In this document: piece after piece, positions 35,786 to 55,377 of the stretch
Layout: each line of letters opens with the position of its first letter
Numbering within the stretch: position 1 is the first letter of the stretch
Assembly (NCBI GenBank): GCA_051294375.1
Contig: JBJCIZ010000744.1
Coordinates: 562,264 to 626,263, forward strand
DNA: 64,000 bases
From: Paraspadella gotoi
Lineage: Eukaryota; Animalia; Chaetognatha
Reading direction: 5' to 3'
Notes under the pieces: generated by a model
Told to the model about the DNA's origin: nothing
The model's database searches: none
What the model saw: only the letters and a program-made list of their open reading frames with translations
Translations under genes and position numbers: made by a program

Positions 35786-36609
35786 CGCGGACGACGACGA
35801 CGACGACGACGAATAAAACGACGACCGATGGCGACGACGGCGTCGGCCGAGGGAGTGGAGGTTGAGAGGATTTAAAGCATATTCTTTTGATCCGAGAGTT
35901 GAAGTCGAAGGAGAGTCGTCGTTGTCGTCATTAACGTCATTATGTTTAAGAGGCTGAAAATATAAAGCATTTATATGTATATGTAAATCACTAAATGAGA
36001 AAAACCTTTATAAAAAATAATGGGGCTCGTTAACAAAATAATATTAAAAAAGACGCAAAAAACATGCATCAATTTTTTTTTTCCAAGCGTGAAACAGTAT
36101 ATCAAAAAGTTACACTGTTATGAGTTGCGATTAATTGCCCGCCATCACCAGTGAGAGTTTGAACCCATGATTAGTTGAATCCCCGATTCCCCAACAAAAT
36201 AGGAGAAATAGGCACTTAAATTAAAGATGGTTTGCCGCTAGGATCTACCAATTATTATGCCGAAATGTTATAATATTATAATAATTTTTTTTTTTTTAAA
36301 TAAAATACAGTAACCGTAATTTCGAAGGTGCGGTCGTACCGCAGTTCTTTTTCTTTTGTTTGTTTGTTTTTTTTCGATTCATGTAAAAAGCAATACAAGT
36401 TTAAATTTGACACTTTTGATTCGCAGACTCGAAAAAAGTTTTGCAGAAAAATAAATAAATTCATCAACAGAGTGGAGGAGTAAAGCTAACAGAATGCGTT
36501 TCGGAGTTGAGAGTGGGGACCGGAGCGTCGAAAGAAAATCGCAACGCAAGTCGATAAGTCGACTCAAAAAAAAGTTTTTTCCAACTCTCCGTCCCAACTT
36601 CATAGAGTT

Positions 36610-38470
36610 CTAATTTTTCGGACCCCACTGCTTAAACATTTTGTCGTAATAATCGTGAAGCGAGAGCGCGTTTTCCTCGGGATACCCGTCGTAGAAAGTG
36701 TTGACCAAAACGCCGACCAGCATCAAGAGCAGCACAACGACCAGCGCGAGGTACCACAGAACTCGCTCCCACGAGTGCACACGCAGGTTCTTGAGGCAAA
36801 CGATGCCAAGGAAAAGGCCGCCGAGGAAGCCGCCCAGGTGGGCCGCGTACCCGACGCGGTCGCGATCGCCCTCGCTAGTGCCGTAGCGCTTGTAGAGGGC
36901 CATGCCGACGTCGGCGCAGATGAGAATTGCGAGGATAAGAGTGCGCACGATCCCGAAGCGCATCTCCTTCCAGTTCATGACTACGTTGGCCACGTGGGCG
37001 CCGATAAGGGCGTAGACGCCGCCGCTGGCTCCGACGAGGAAAGTGTTGAAGTCGGTGACCGAATGGGCGAGGCCGCCCATGAGGGCGCCGAGGACGTAGA
37101 CCAGGAGGATTCGCCAGCCCTTGTGGACCATCTCGAGCGGAATCCCGAGAAGGAGTTGGATGAGGATGTTCATCGCGATGTGGACGATACTGGAGAAGAT
37201 TTGTGGGAAGAGAGCTTAGAATTAAATCGCTAATTAATAAATTTATTTAATAAATAAACTCAAATTCGGAAATTGATAAAGAAAGTTTTAGCTGACTCAA
37301 CGCGTCATTCAACAAACCAAAAAAACCGGACAAAGTCAGCCGAAACCTAAAAATCCTTTTACCCGGCGTGCACGAGCATGTAGCTGACGTATCTCCACGC
37401 CTCTCGTCTACGTTTCGGATCGTAAACGAGTGGCGAATAGATCGGTACGGGTCCGCTGGCCGTGCAGCTTTTCATCTCCACGCAGTACCAGATGAAAACG
37501 GCGATTTCCACGAGAGAAATCAGCGGGATGAATAGCGGCGGCGGGCAGCAGCGCCCGTAATACTCGTCGTAGTACTTTGGCGTGACGGAGCGGACAGACT
37601 GCTGGACGAACATCTCTAGACCGGAGAGGTGCGTCGAGGTCAGTCGATCTTTGTTCTCGAGGACGACGGCGCAGAATTCTTTGTACTCGATCCAACCGTC
37701 GGCGTCGGCGTCGGCCTGCTTGGTGACCAGCTCCAGAACCCAGCGCGGGATCGGCAGCGTGGCCTCGTCTCCGCGGAGACGGTCGATGCGATTCTGGTTG
37801 CGGCGGGATATACTGCGGCGCTGCTCGACGGCTTCGTCGAAATCCTGCTCCCGCGGAAGGTTGCCCAGCAGGTCCTTTAGAATGGAAAGGGGAAGGCCGA
37901 GCGGTCGGGTGGTGCATCCCTCGCAGCAGCCGTCTCCATGGTAATCCTCGAAGATGGGTTTCCAAACGCGGTCGAGATCTTCTTGGGTAAGGGTCGATGA
38001 ACCATGTTGCTGATGCTGCTGCAGAAGCAAACAAGAAAACGACATTATTACATAAGGAAGAGAAAGAAAAATACTAATAAAGTTGCCTTGAAAGTAAACC
38101 GTTCATAATACAGATTTGGATCAGGCTGCGGCACCCGGCTACAGGAGGGTTAAGCGCTCCGTCCTACTTAACTTAACGACTCCAATGACCGCACTGAACG
38201 ATCGGTTAATTTTAATCCACCCTAATTTTTAAAACAAGAAGCATTGATATCTCACCTTTTTACAAAATATTAACTGAATTTAGAAATATCGCATGTGATC
38301 CCATTTTCACGAGATCACATGAGTGCACAAGTATGAAACGTATTGAACAGTAATACAAAATTATGCAGTATGGATGAGATTCACTGACCGACAAATGACT
38401 TATAATGAATAAAAATTTATAAAAAATTTATGTTATATTTATGCTAAACCTGTTGCGTTTGAAACTCCAT
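36610..38470 (-). CDS. Rhomboid intramembrane serine protease (RHBDL2/3 or Rho-4-like, with EF-hand), 3 exons
   Basis: Micro first exon MEFQTQQ (38450-38470); EF-hand DADADGWIEYKEF; WRYVSYMLVHAG; catalytic GASGG and AHLGG intact. Confidence 0.9.
38095..38225. mobile_element. Diverged fragment related to the TRIM LTR, in rhomboid intron 1
   Basis: Shares aaccgttca, ggatcaggctg, gggttaagcgc, ccaatgaccgc and atttta.tccacc, in order, with 32554-32789. Confidence 0.7.
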
Positions 38471-38969
38471 GGTTTTGGTTTTCTCCTTTTGCGAGTGGTT
38501 TGGGATAAATCAGATCACAGCCTTTTAGACTTTTGTATTCAAGCAAAAAGCATCCGAGTCATAGTCGATAAAAGTTCACTTCCTCGATTTGTGTTTATGT
38601 TGCAATTTGTTGTTTAAATCGAGGTAGTTTAATGCATAAATAATCTAAATTATTCAATTTACCAAGTGACGAGAATGAAACAAACCCAAATTTAGGGTCT
38701 TTAAACGTTAAATTAGTATATAAATACGACTTCTTGTAAAAACGAGTATAAAAATCTCGATAAAAAAAAAAAAAAACCGACAAGAGTAAGTAAAAGCTCA
38801 AAGCTCAAGCGAGTAATAATATTCACCAGTTTGTGAGGAAAAAAAATCCGAGCATCAAAGTTTGATATTCATTACGGTTACCACTAGAAAAGCTGATAAT
38901 ACAGGAGATTCCATAAGGAGGAAATTTCATCCGGTTTTTTCTCTGTCTCTTTGCCTTCCGCGATGACGA

Positions 38970-40906
38970 TTACTCTTGCTTTGTATGACTCCTTATGATT
39001 TCGGCTACGGATTCGTGATTGACCCGAACGGCCTCGTCGAGGGGCGTCCCGCCCCATCGATCCTTGGGCGTCGCCGCAACCTTACACTGTTCCAGAAGGT
39101 AGGAAACGATGTGGGAGTGTCCCTCGGCAGCGGCCAGATGTAGGGCGGTGCGTCCGTCGTAGTCCTGCACCTCCATATTGAATCCCGACAAATGGAATCT
39201 TTTCAAAGCGTTGAGCTCTCCGTTGTAGGCGGCAAAGAGGAGGTTGAAGATGCGCACGTTGTCCGTCTCTTGTCGCTTCTTCCGCGGGTCCGTCTTCCGC
39301 GGCGAATAGATGAGATTGTCGTAGTGGTGGAAGTTAAACCTGCTGACAACGTCCTCGGTGAAGCTGACGCCGCGGGCCGAGTTGCCGATCTCGTCCAGCG
39401 GCGGACTCCACACGCAAAAACCCATCACGTTGGGCACGACGACGAGTACGGAGCCGGCGACGCCCGACTTGGCTGGCAGACCCACCTTGAAGGCGAATTG
39501 GCCCGAATAGTCGTACATGCCGCAGGAGTGCATGAGGGAGAGCGTGTTGCGGACCGATGCGGCGTTGAGGACCCGATCCCCAGTGAGCGGATTGATGCCG
39601 CCGTTGGCCAGGGTGGCGGCCATGACGGCGCCCGAGTCGCAATTGACTTCGACGGAGCAGAGTTGAAAGTAGAGGTCGAGCGTTTCGGTGAGGTCGCTCC
39701 CTTCGGGGAAGCACTTGTTCTCGCGCATGTAGTAGCCGAGGGCGAAGTTGCGGTCGGCGGTGACCCGCTCCGACTGGAAGACGGCGTTGTTGAAGCCGAC
39801 GAATTCCCCGCCGGCCAACTTCTTGTAGGCGTTCATCACGTAGTCGAACCTATCGGCGATGTTGAGCTCAGGCTTGATCAAGGAGCAAGTCACGATAGCC
39901 CCGGCGTTGATCATGGGATTGTGAGGCTGGTTCTTGTAGTCGAGCTCGAGAAAGTTGAAGCTGCGGCCCGAAGGCTCCTGGCCGACGTAGCGGTGGACGA
40001 CCTCGGAGCTAGAGTCGGAGATAGCGAGGGCGTAGGAAAGCGGTTTCGAGCAGGACTGGAGACAGAAGGGAATGAGAACGTCGCCAACCGAGTGACGCTG
40101 ACCGTCCACGGTGCAAATCGAGACGCCCCAGTGGTCCGGGTTGGCCCGCGCCAGTTGGGGAATGTAGTCTGCCGTTCGGCCCTGGGAGATAAAAATGGGA
40201 GAGAAATGGTGGAAAGAAATATCCAAACTTTTAACTGGAAGAGCAACAAAAATTAAAATACAAGTAAAACATCGCAGTCACGAAATGACAAGAATAACTT
40301 GACCAGCGACAAAAACAAAATCTCAAAGGGGAAAAACAAAATCTGACCAAAGTCGAAAAAGCTGCTCAATCCTCCCGAGTACCCGGGACTACCCACCTTT
40401 ATGTTAGTCTTCTGTTTCCAATAAATGTCGTCGATTATTGCGGTGAAGTCTGTAAACTCGGGGATGATGAATTCGCCGCCCAGCGCTCGATTTATGAGGC
40501 TCACGTTATCCTTGATCATCTCCGTGAACGTCTCTTGGTCGAGCTCGAACAGGAGTTTGTCGTGGGTGCGCTGGATGCGCAACATGTTCTGGACGCTTTC
40601 CCTGAGCCTGGGATCGTTTTTGCGCAGTCCGGTCCGTGTGAGGGCGTTGAGCACGGTGTCGATGGTTACTACCTTCCGTTCGTTGCAGAGGGTGGTGAAG
40701 AGTACCTCGGACGGACGCTGGACGACCACGCCATGATCGGGTGCGCGGGACGAGTCGGAGGCGCGGTAGGAACGCCGAAGACGTTCGTTGACGCAAAGGA
40801 GTCGTGTCCGGTTCGGGTCCTCGACGTCTCCAAGGGTCGCCGATTTTAAAAAGGAGACGCGTAGCGTCGCGCACCAACGCCTAACGACGAGAGCTGATCG
40901 GGCCAT
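38970..40906 (-). CDS. GLS: Mitochondrial glutaminase with C-terminal ankyrin repeats, single intron (40182-40396)
   Basis: [58 protein letters not shown]. Confidence 0.97.
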
Positions 40907-41228
40907 AGTTTTTTAATTTTATTTAATAGAGTTGTTACTAATCAAGAGATTTTAAGCCTGCTCATGATGGGCGTTTTGGGAAAAGCAAAGGCCTCCGGCG
41001 AAAGACGAGGGGGGTCGGCATTCATAAATGGCTATAAACAGGACAAAAAAATATTTATCAAAATCATTAAAAGGCGAGCGTTGATCTTGAATGACCAGTA
41101 GACCGATGACTATGCTTATGCAACTTAATAAATAGATTTCTTCTGTCATTAAGATTTTTTCTTCATGTCAAATACTGACATTTTCACAAAATCCAAGAAT
41201 GAAGCAGTAAACTCGAGAAGTAAAAATA

Positions 41229-42278
41229 TCAGTGGGTCGTGGTCTTTATCGTTGAGGCCACGGTGGAAATGGTCGTGGAGACGGTCGTCGAGATGGTCGA
41301 GACGTTCCCCGGCGCCGCCGACGTGACGGCAGCTGCAGGAATCGATGGCACTTGGAAAAAGTAGAGAAGAAATCCGAGCGCCAAGAGTCCGTGGAAGGCG
41401 AGGATCCCGGCGACGATGGCGAGGGCGACCCGTTTGTCGTCATTCTTCACCGTTGGCCAAAACGTCATGACCAGGACGGAACCCGAGAGGATCATCCCGG
41501 CCACGACGAGCGCCTTCTGCAAGATCGGCACGGGGACGAGCCACAACCAGCAGATGGGCACGTAGACGGCAAGGGAGTAGCCGTACAGGCAAATGCTCTC
41601 TAAGTAGGTCACGTTGCAGCGCGACTTGCGCCACCAGAACAGCAGATGTAGAGCCGAAGGGACGAGGAACCAGTAGGCGACGATGGCCGTTGCTGCAATG
41701 TTGACCGTGTGAAAAGAGAAGCGATAGCGCACGGCGGGGTCACTGAGGCTGGCGAAGTAGTTGGAGAGATTACCGCAGATGCCGATGGTGAATACGAGAG
41801 TGATCGCGACCCAAATTGGTCCGTACAGGTCCGGGTTGGGACGAATGGTCGTCTGGAGAAAGTTATCGCCAGGTCGCGGAAGCATGGACCCGACGAGACG
41901 CCGGCCGACGTCGCGGCTGCTGATCTCGAAGAACTGCTGGTAGTAGGCGAAGGTCCAGAAGGAGGCGTTTCGCGGACCCTCGTCAGACCCGAGGAGCTGA
42001 TCCGTGTCCGCGTCGCCGATATCCGACTCGGGAATATCGATTCCGCGAGCGTCGGACGAGAAGTCGAAGGCGGGAGAGTTTAACGTCGGCCCGACTCGCG
42101 GGAGAGGCTGGGGGATGTCGGGCGATTGGCTGGGGCTGGAGCCCAGCCCGTCGCCGCTGGAGGCTGGCGCGTCGGGACCAACGTAGAGGTTGATTTCATC
42201 CTCGGAATCGAAGTTACGGAATTGAAGGTCCTCGATCGTCGGAGGCAAAGAAGAATCGCGAAATTCCGGGGCTGACAT
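41229..42278 (-). CDS. YIPF1: Yip1 domain family protein YIPF1/2, intronless
   Basis: SFWTFAYYQQFF, NPDLYGPIWVAITLVF, CLYGYSL. Confidence 0.92.
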   Translation of the reverse strand: MSAPEFRDSSLPPTIEDLQFRNFDSEDEINLYVGPDAPASSGDGLGSSPSQSPDIPQPLPRVGPTLNSPAFDFSSDARGIDIPESDIGDADTDQLLGSDEGPRNASFWTFAYYQQFFEISSRDVGRRLVGSMLPRPGDNFLQTTIRPNPDLYGPIWVAITLVFTIGICGNLSNYFASLSDPAVRYRFSFHTVNIAATAIVAYWFLVPSALHLLFWWRKSRCNVTYLESICLYGYSLAVYVPICWLWLVPVPILQKALVVAGMILSGSVLVMTFWPTVKNDDKRVALAIVAGILAFHGLLALGFLLYFFQVPSIPAAAVTSAAPGNVSTISTTVSTTISTVASTIKTTTH

Positions 42279-42723
42279 TTTTTCGTTTTGTTTTATTCGT
42301 TACGATCTTAATGATTTCTGACTCAATTAGGATTTAAAAAAAAAAAAAAGAGTTAAATTATTACAAAAGGCAAAAGTATAATCGAGATCATAAATTTTTA
42401 TGATTCGGAGAAAGGAGAAAAACGAGATAGTTCAAAAACAAAATATTTATGATATAGCTAAAATAAGGAGACAATAAGCTAAAACAATAATAGTTACGCT
42501 AACAATATAACACTAAAAAGAGGCAAAAATACCAAAAAAAAAAAAAAAAAAACTAACTAGGCAGTTCTCACTGTGACAGGGACGTTAGTCGTCCCTTCCG
42601 AGTGATAAGGTCTAATGAAGATGTTCGCGTTTTGATTTGATGAGCTTTTAAACCAAGAGAATTGAACATTGATTTTTGAAAAGATCAGTTTGCTTCATTT
42701 TTGTTGGCGCGAAAAAAAAATCG

Positions 42724-44259
42724 TCATCGAGTCGATGAGCTGTCAGAGTTTTCTTTGGAATGAGCGTCGGATACGGTAGGTGCGGCGGCGGCGGCGGCGG
42801 CGGCTGGGGATGCTGCAGTGACTGCAGCGGGAACTGCGTCGGATTCCACGTGGACGAAGCCTTCGGATTCCTCTCCCACCAACTCTCCTCTATTTCTCCT
42901 CCTCCTCATCTTCCACGAGTCGAAGGTCGGGACGTACTCAAACTCGTCGGAGGCCCTGATGCCTAAGGCCTTGGCCAATCGCTTGTCGCGCTCCGTCGCC
43001 GTCGCTTTCGGCGGCAAAACGGGGTCGTCGAAGGATTCCCCGTCGTCGACGTCGAGACACTTGCAACACTTACACTTGCAGCAGAGTATGCAGGGCGCGG
43101 CGAGGAGAAGAAAGGGCGAGGCCATGAGCAGCAGCATGCCGAAACCGGCGAAGATCCCGATCACTTGAGTCCGGTGCCAAATGACGGAGGCGCGGGAGTG
43201 GCCCAGCTTGTTCTTGCAGGGCCCGCGGTCGTAGTGGCGAAGGAGAAAGTCGTTGTCGAGGGACTCGAGGCAATACCAACAGAAGACGTGCTTGCAATGC
43301 TTGCACATCATCTGGGCGCAGCCTTCCTCGCGCTCGATGGGGATGTGGCAGATTGGGCAGCGTTTGATGGGGGAAACGTCGATCTGCCCGTCGACGCCCT
43401 TCATCTCCAGCGTTGTTTGCCCGCGACGGAGAAGGGCTGGAAGGAGGCCGCGGCGAGCGGAACGTGTGGACGACTCGGGACCTTCGATGCGAGAAGTCTG
43501 GGACAAGGGATCCACGCAATTGCCTCCCTCGTGCCAACCGCTTTTGCAGGAGGAGCAAAACGTCAAGTCGCAAGTCGGGCAGGTGATGGGCTGCGGAGCG
43601 GTTCCTCCGGCGCCGGTCAAAGGGTCCTCCATGAGACAAACGTGACAGACCGTCTCGCATCCGACCGAGGGGCACCACGTCCGCGTGGGATCGTTGTCGA
43701 TCTCTCGCAGTGTCCGCAGACGCACGTACGCGGCGTACGTCTCCTCATCGACGAGCTGACGGACTTGGTTGGACTCGATGCGGCTGGCGTCACCGATCGG
43801 GCAGTCGCCGTCCGGACAACCAATGCGGAGCACGTCGCCGTCCTCGATGGCCGTCATGACGTAGGCGGTGGTGCAGACGGCGCAGAAGAGGCAACGGCAG
43901 TCGGACAGCTGCACCATCTCGCGCGGAGGATGGTCGCACAGGCACAGTTTGCAGTGGATAAAGTTGGAGACGGAGACGCTTGGCGTGTGAGGCGTGACGG
44001 AGGTTTCGGCGACGCAGATTCGCGCCGTTGACTGCGTCGACGAGGGTTTTGAGGCGAAGGAGACGACGGGATCGGCGGCGCCGGCACCGCGAGAGGGGCC
44101 GGGATCGGCGGCGCCGGCACCGAGAGAGGGGCCGGAATCGCGGAGGGAGAAAGACACGGAATGGGCGATTCGGCGGGAAGACGCCTCCGCCCGATCGTTG
44201 ACGGCCGACGAGGATTTGGATTTCCTCACCCAAGCTTTCGACGATGCGGCGGAGGACAT
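42724..44259 (-). CDS. RNF144: RBR E3 ubiquitin ligase RNF144, intronless
   Basis: RING1-IBR-RING2; IEREEGCAQMMCKHCKHVFCWYC; LRHYDRGPCKNKLGHSRASVIWHRTQV; TM segment. Confidence 0.95.
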   Translation of the reverse strand: MSSAASSKAWVRKSKSSSAVNDRAEASSRRIAHSVSFSLRDSGPSLGAGAADPGPSRGAGAADPVVSFASKPSSTQSTARICVAETSVTPHTPSVSVSNFIHCKLCLCDHPPREMVQLSDCRCLFCAVCTTAYVMTAIEDGDVLRIGCPDGDCPIGDASRIESNQVRQLVDEETYAAYVRLRTLREIDNDPTRTWCPSVGCETVCHVCLMEDPLTGAGGTAPQPITCPTCDLTFCSSCKSGWHEGGNCVDPLSQTSRIEGPESSTRSARRGLLPALLRRGQTTLEMKGVDGQIDVSPIKRCPICHIPIEREEGCAQMMCKHCKHVFCWYCLESLDNDFLLRHYDRGPCKNKLGHSRASVIWHRTQVIGIFAGFGMLLLMASPFLLLAAPCILCCKCKCCKCLDVDDGESFDDPVLPPKATATERDKRLAKALGIRASDEFEYVPTFDSWKMRRRRNRGELVGEESEGFVHVESDAVPAAVTAASPAAAAAAAAPTVSDAHSKENSDSSSTR

Positions 44260-44585
44260 TTTTTTTTGTGTCGCCGAAATGGCCGAGATATTTTATTAAA
44301 ACCTAATCTAAGCAAAACTAACGCTGTAAATAACGGCAAAATGTAAAAATATGAGGGACGTAGATTGAAGAATAAAGTATTTTTAAACAAGGCAAACAAT
44401 TTTTATTTCGAACCCTCACTCAGAATTCAAGACGTAGATAAGACATACATATACTTTATTATATAATCTACCATTTTCACAATTTTAAAAAAAAATACAA
44501 ACGGAGAAATCACCGTGATCGATCCCTGTTTTTATTAGAAACAAACAAAAGCCTTCGACGAATCATCATGTTGTTTTGCTCCACA

Positions 44586-45449
44586 TCAAACCTCTTCCAC
44601 CAAATCGCCGTAAATGTTTCTCTTGACCAGCCGCTTCGGCAGCAACGAGGGCGGGTCTTGAGTCTCGCGACCTTCGACGGGCGTTTGCGAGGGTTCGTAA
44701 GGAACAGATGGCGGCGGCGCCGCCGCTTGAAAACGATTACGGCGACGCAGATCCGCGTAGGAAAACTCTTTCTGCGGCTGCTGCGGTCGCAGCTCTTCAT
44801 CATGCTGCGGATCATAGGGCTGGGGGTCTTGCGTTTGCGGTGGCGCGAAAGGAGGTTCGTGAGATTGAGAACGATTCTTTTTGCGGAGATCCTCGTAGGT
44901 AAACTGGGGACGATGCTGCACCTCGGAAGGTCGCTCTCCCTCAAAAGTCTCTCGCCCTTCGGCGGGCCGTTGCTGGTACGGCGGCTGATACGGCGGCTGA
45001 TAAGTTTGCTGCTGCTGCGAGTAAACTCCCGACCCTCGCGAATCTTGCGTCGCGAAACGCGAGGCGAAAGCCGCCTCCCGCTCGCGCAAGTTCTGACCCA
45101 AAAGCGACTCCGGATCCGACTTCAATCTTTCACTACAGACGCGCATGTAGGAGACTTTTCCGCCGAGGAAGGCGATGAGCGAAGCGCCGAAGACTTTTGG
45201 CAACGAACCGAACTGCGGATTCGGGGCGAGTCGCCCGGATTTGACGGCGAAATGAGTCAACCCAGCGGCGACGGCCATCGCGGGAAGGCAACGCTCGAAA
45301 AAAGAGTCTCGACGACAGCCACTCAGAATCTCGATGTCCCGCGCCGAGTATTGCATTTGAGGCGCCGGCGGGTCCAGACTTCGCCCGGGATTTCCATACT
45401 GATCCTGCGGCGGCAGAGACGTTATCGTCCTGTCTCTGTCGCCGTCCAT
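44586..45449 (-). CDS. OCIAD1: OCIA domain-containing protein (OCIAD1/asrij), intronless
   Basis: CRRDSFFERCLP, NPQFGSLPKV, GKVSYMRVC, TYEDLRKKNR, C-terminal KRNIYGD. Confidence 0.9.
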   Translation of the reverse strand: MDGDRDRTITSLPPQDQYGNPGRSLDPPAPQMQYSARDIEILSGCRRDSFFERCLPAMAVAAGLTHFAVKSGRLAPNPQFGSLPKVFGASLIAFLGGKVSYMRVCSERLKSDPESLLGQNLREREAAFASRFATQDSRGSGVYSQQQQTYQPPYQPPYQQRPAEGRETFEGERPSEVQHRPQFTYEDLRKKNRSQSHEPPFAPPQTQDPQPYDPQHDEELRPQQPQKEFSYADLRRRNRFQAAAPPPSVPYEPSQTPVEGRETQDPPSLLPKRLVKRNIYGDLVEEV

Positions 45450-45547
45450 TTCGTTTTCTAAATTACGTCGTATATGAAATAGAAACAGGTCCTATAAATG
45501 ATTTATTTTCAAGGATCCCAGTCAAAAAAAAAAACAAAAAACGTTCG

Positions 45548-46033
45548 CTAATCTCTTCTAAAGTACCACAGCGAACCAATTACGACACAGGCCGCGCAAG
45601 TTTTCAACAATTTTTTCCTCGTAGCGAACTTTCGATCCACGTAATCGTCCAGACTCATCTGCCCGCTTTCCTGCATTTTCTTTATCCTCTCGTACTGTTC
45701 CTTCTTCCGATCGTCGAATTGGCGGTACTGCCTCTTTCCCAGTCGTTGAGAGTCGTAGGCGGCGCGTTTTTTCGGCGTCTTCAACGCCTCGTAGGCGCCG
45801 GCGATCTCCTGAAACATTTTGGCGGCGTCCTCGTTCTCCGGATTGGCATCGGGGTGGTACATTTTGGAGAGGCGGAGGTAGGCGTTTTTGATTTCCTTGT
45901 CAGAGGCGTCTTCGGCCACTTGGAGAATCTCGTAATGAGTCGGACCCGTGGGTTTTTCCGTCGAGTAGCGAAATACGCGGCCGGAGGAGCGCAAGGGACG
46001 GGAGACGACGCGGCTGCAAAAATTGCATAGCAT
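45548..46033 (-). CDS. Small mitochondrial-type J-domain protein with C-terminal TM (DNAJC30/DNAJC4-like)
   Basis: Arg-rich presequence; THYEILQV..IKNAYLRLSKMYHPD..FQEIAGAYEAL..RAAYD. Confidence 0.85.
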   Translation of the reverse strand: MLCNFCSRVVSRPLRSSGRVFRYSTEKPTGPTHYEILQVAEDASDKEIKNAYLRLSKMYHPDANPENEDAAKMFQEIAGAYEALKTPKKRAAYDSQRLGKRQYRQFDDRKKEQYERIKKMQESGQMSLDDYVDRKFATRKKLLKTCAACVVIGSLWYFRRD

Positions 46034-46063
46034 CCTTCTTTTTTCTTTTCTTTAGACTTGTGA

Positions 46064-46090
46064 CTAAAAAAGAAGAAAGGCAGTAAAAGG
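46064..46090 (-). promoter_or_regulatory. Unpaired polypyrimidine-AG acceptor 30 nt upstream of the DnaJ ATG (candidate trans-splice site)
   Basis: ccttttactgcctttcttcttttttAG|tcacaag..gaaggATG. Confidence 0.5.
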
Positions 46091-46974
46091 TGAAAATTGT
46101 CGAGTGATGAGTTTATTTTTAATTCATCATTTGGCAAAAGTTTATGTCCAACATCGAGGACATAAAAAAGTCTAACGATGCAGGGAAAGTAATAAATATT
46201 TTCAGAGTGGAAAAACCAACCGGAACCGCTGGATAAATGGATATATAGTTAGAAATCTACTATGAAATTAAATTCAATAGGGGCGGGGGTTCAAAACTTT
46301 ATTCTTGAAGTCTACTTTTAGGTAAAAAAAGAATTTTTTAAAAAAGTTCGATTTTAATGCTTTTATTGTTGCTATTAAAATTACAATATTACTATATAAT
46401 GATAAAAAAATTTTTTAATCAATCTTAACTTTTTTTGATGGATTCTGATAGAGCATAAAAAGTTAAATAAAAAATTTAACTACAACTTTCCAAAATATTT
46501 ATGTTTTCTTGGTCAAAATTAAGAAAAAGTAATAAAATTATCGAAAAATGATGATGATGATGATTATAAATAGTTTTTCATATTTTTCACATACTTATGA
46601 TTAAAATATCGAAAAAAGAATTATACTTTGTGTAGACAACTTTTTGCAAGCTACCTGAATCTAATCTTAAAAATCAAAAAATCAAAAAAAAATTTTTAGC
46701 CTTTCCTATTTATAAATAAATATTTAAAAATTAATATATTGAGTATGGAGTAATATAAAAAAAAATTGTCTATTCAAATTTTTTTAAAAATGTCTAAATT
46801 TTCGTTTGAGCAGGTGCTTAATGCAATTTCTTAACCACCTTACTGAGTTAGTCTCCCCCTAATATAGTATCATTCGAATTTCGACGAAAAAAAAGGGTCA
46901 AATAATGACAAATCTCTTTATTATATTTTCCCCCTCCACTCTTTATCCCACTCCACCAACCATTCCTTCCCCCC

Positions 46975-53815
<6,841 letters not shown>

Positions 53816-54340
53816 ACTCGGCGTAAAATATTAAAGCCGCTCAAGTCATGATCGAAACTTTTGTTTAATTTACAAGTTAATATGTAAAATTCGTTCGGGA
53901 TTCAGAGAAGCACTTGACTTGTAGAAAAGAAAAGCATTAACAATCAAGAAGTTAAAAAGAATCTTTTTTTTTATTTAAGAGGCTTCTGCATACGTGTAGA
54001 TTGCAGTATCGTCCTCTGTAGAATGTAGTTGATACAATAAAGCAGTTTTTATAACTCAATCCTTTGAATGAATGTCAAAAACTTTCGTATGCGAACTAAT
54101 TAAAAAAACCCGTTGTAGAGGTACTGAGAAAGAAAAAGAGAGAGAGAGAGAGAGAGATCAGATCAGTAGCCGGCTTCCCGAGCGACCACCGAACAGAGTG
54201 GCCAACTGGGGTCAAATCCGTAGCGACGAAAACGTCGCCACACCGTAAGGATTAAAAATCGTTTTCTTCGCCATCGTGAAACAGCATCTGATCACAGCGG
54301 ACTACTACTTTCAACGTAATCTTTCGAACGCGGAAAACTA

Positions 54341-55085
<745 letters not shown>

Positions 55086-55377
55086 TTCACAAAGAGAATT
55101 ACTGCAATGGCAAGACTACTCCGGACCTTTGCTTATCCTTTCGACCAACAAAGCAACTTCTTCTCTTCAGGCGAGTCGATCGGCGATCTATCTGCTCAAT
55201 TAGTTTACGTAACTATTCCTTAAATATGAAAAATCCAACAGTTTAAATAAAAAAATAAAATAAAATTAACCTAATCAAATAATAATTATTTAGGAATAGA
55301 TAAACAATGACAAATTCCGTAGCAACGATCTCGTTAAAAAGATCGGATTTTGTGAGCGAGCAGAACAGGAAATACAA

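Noticed and set aside
39192-45461. Long plus-strand ORFs (39192-40256, 43165-44031, 44568-45461; also 55390-56397)
   Set aside because: Antisense shadows of GC-rich minus-strand genes with no recognisable motifs.
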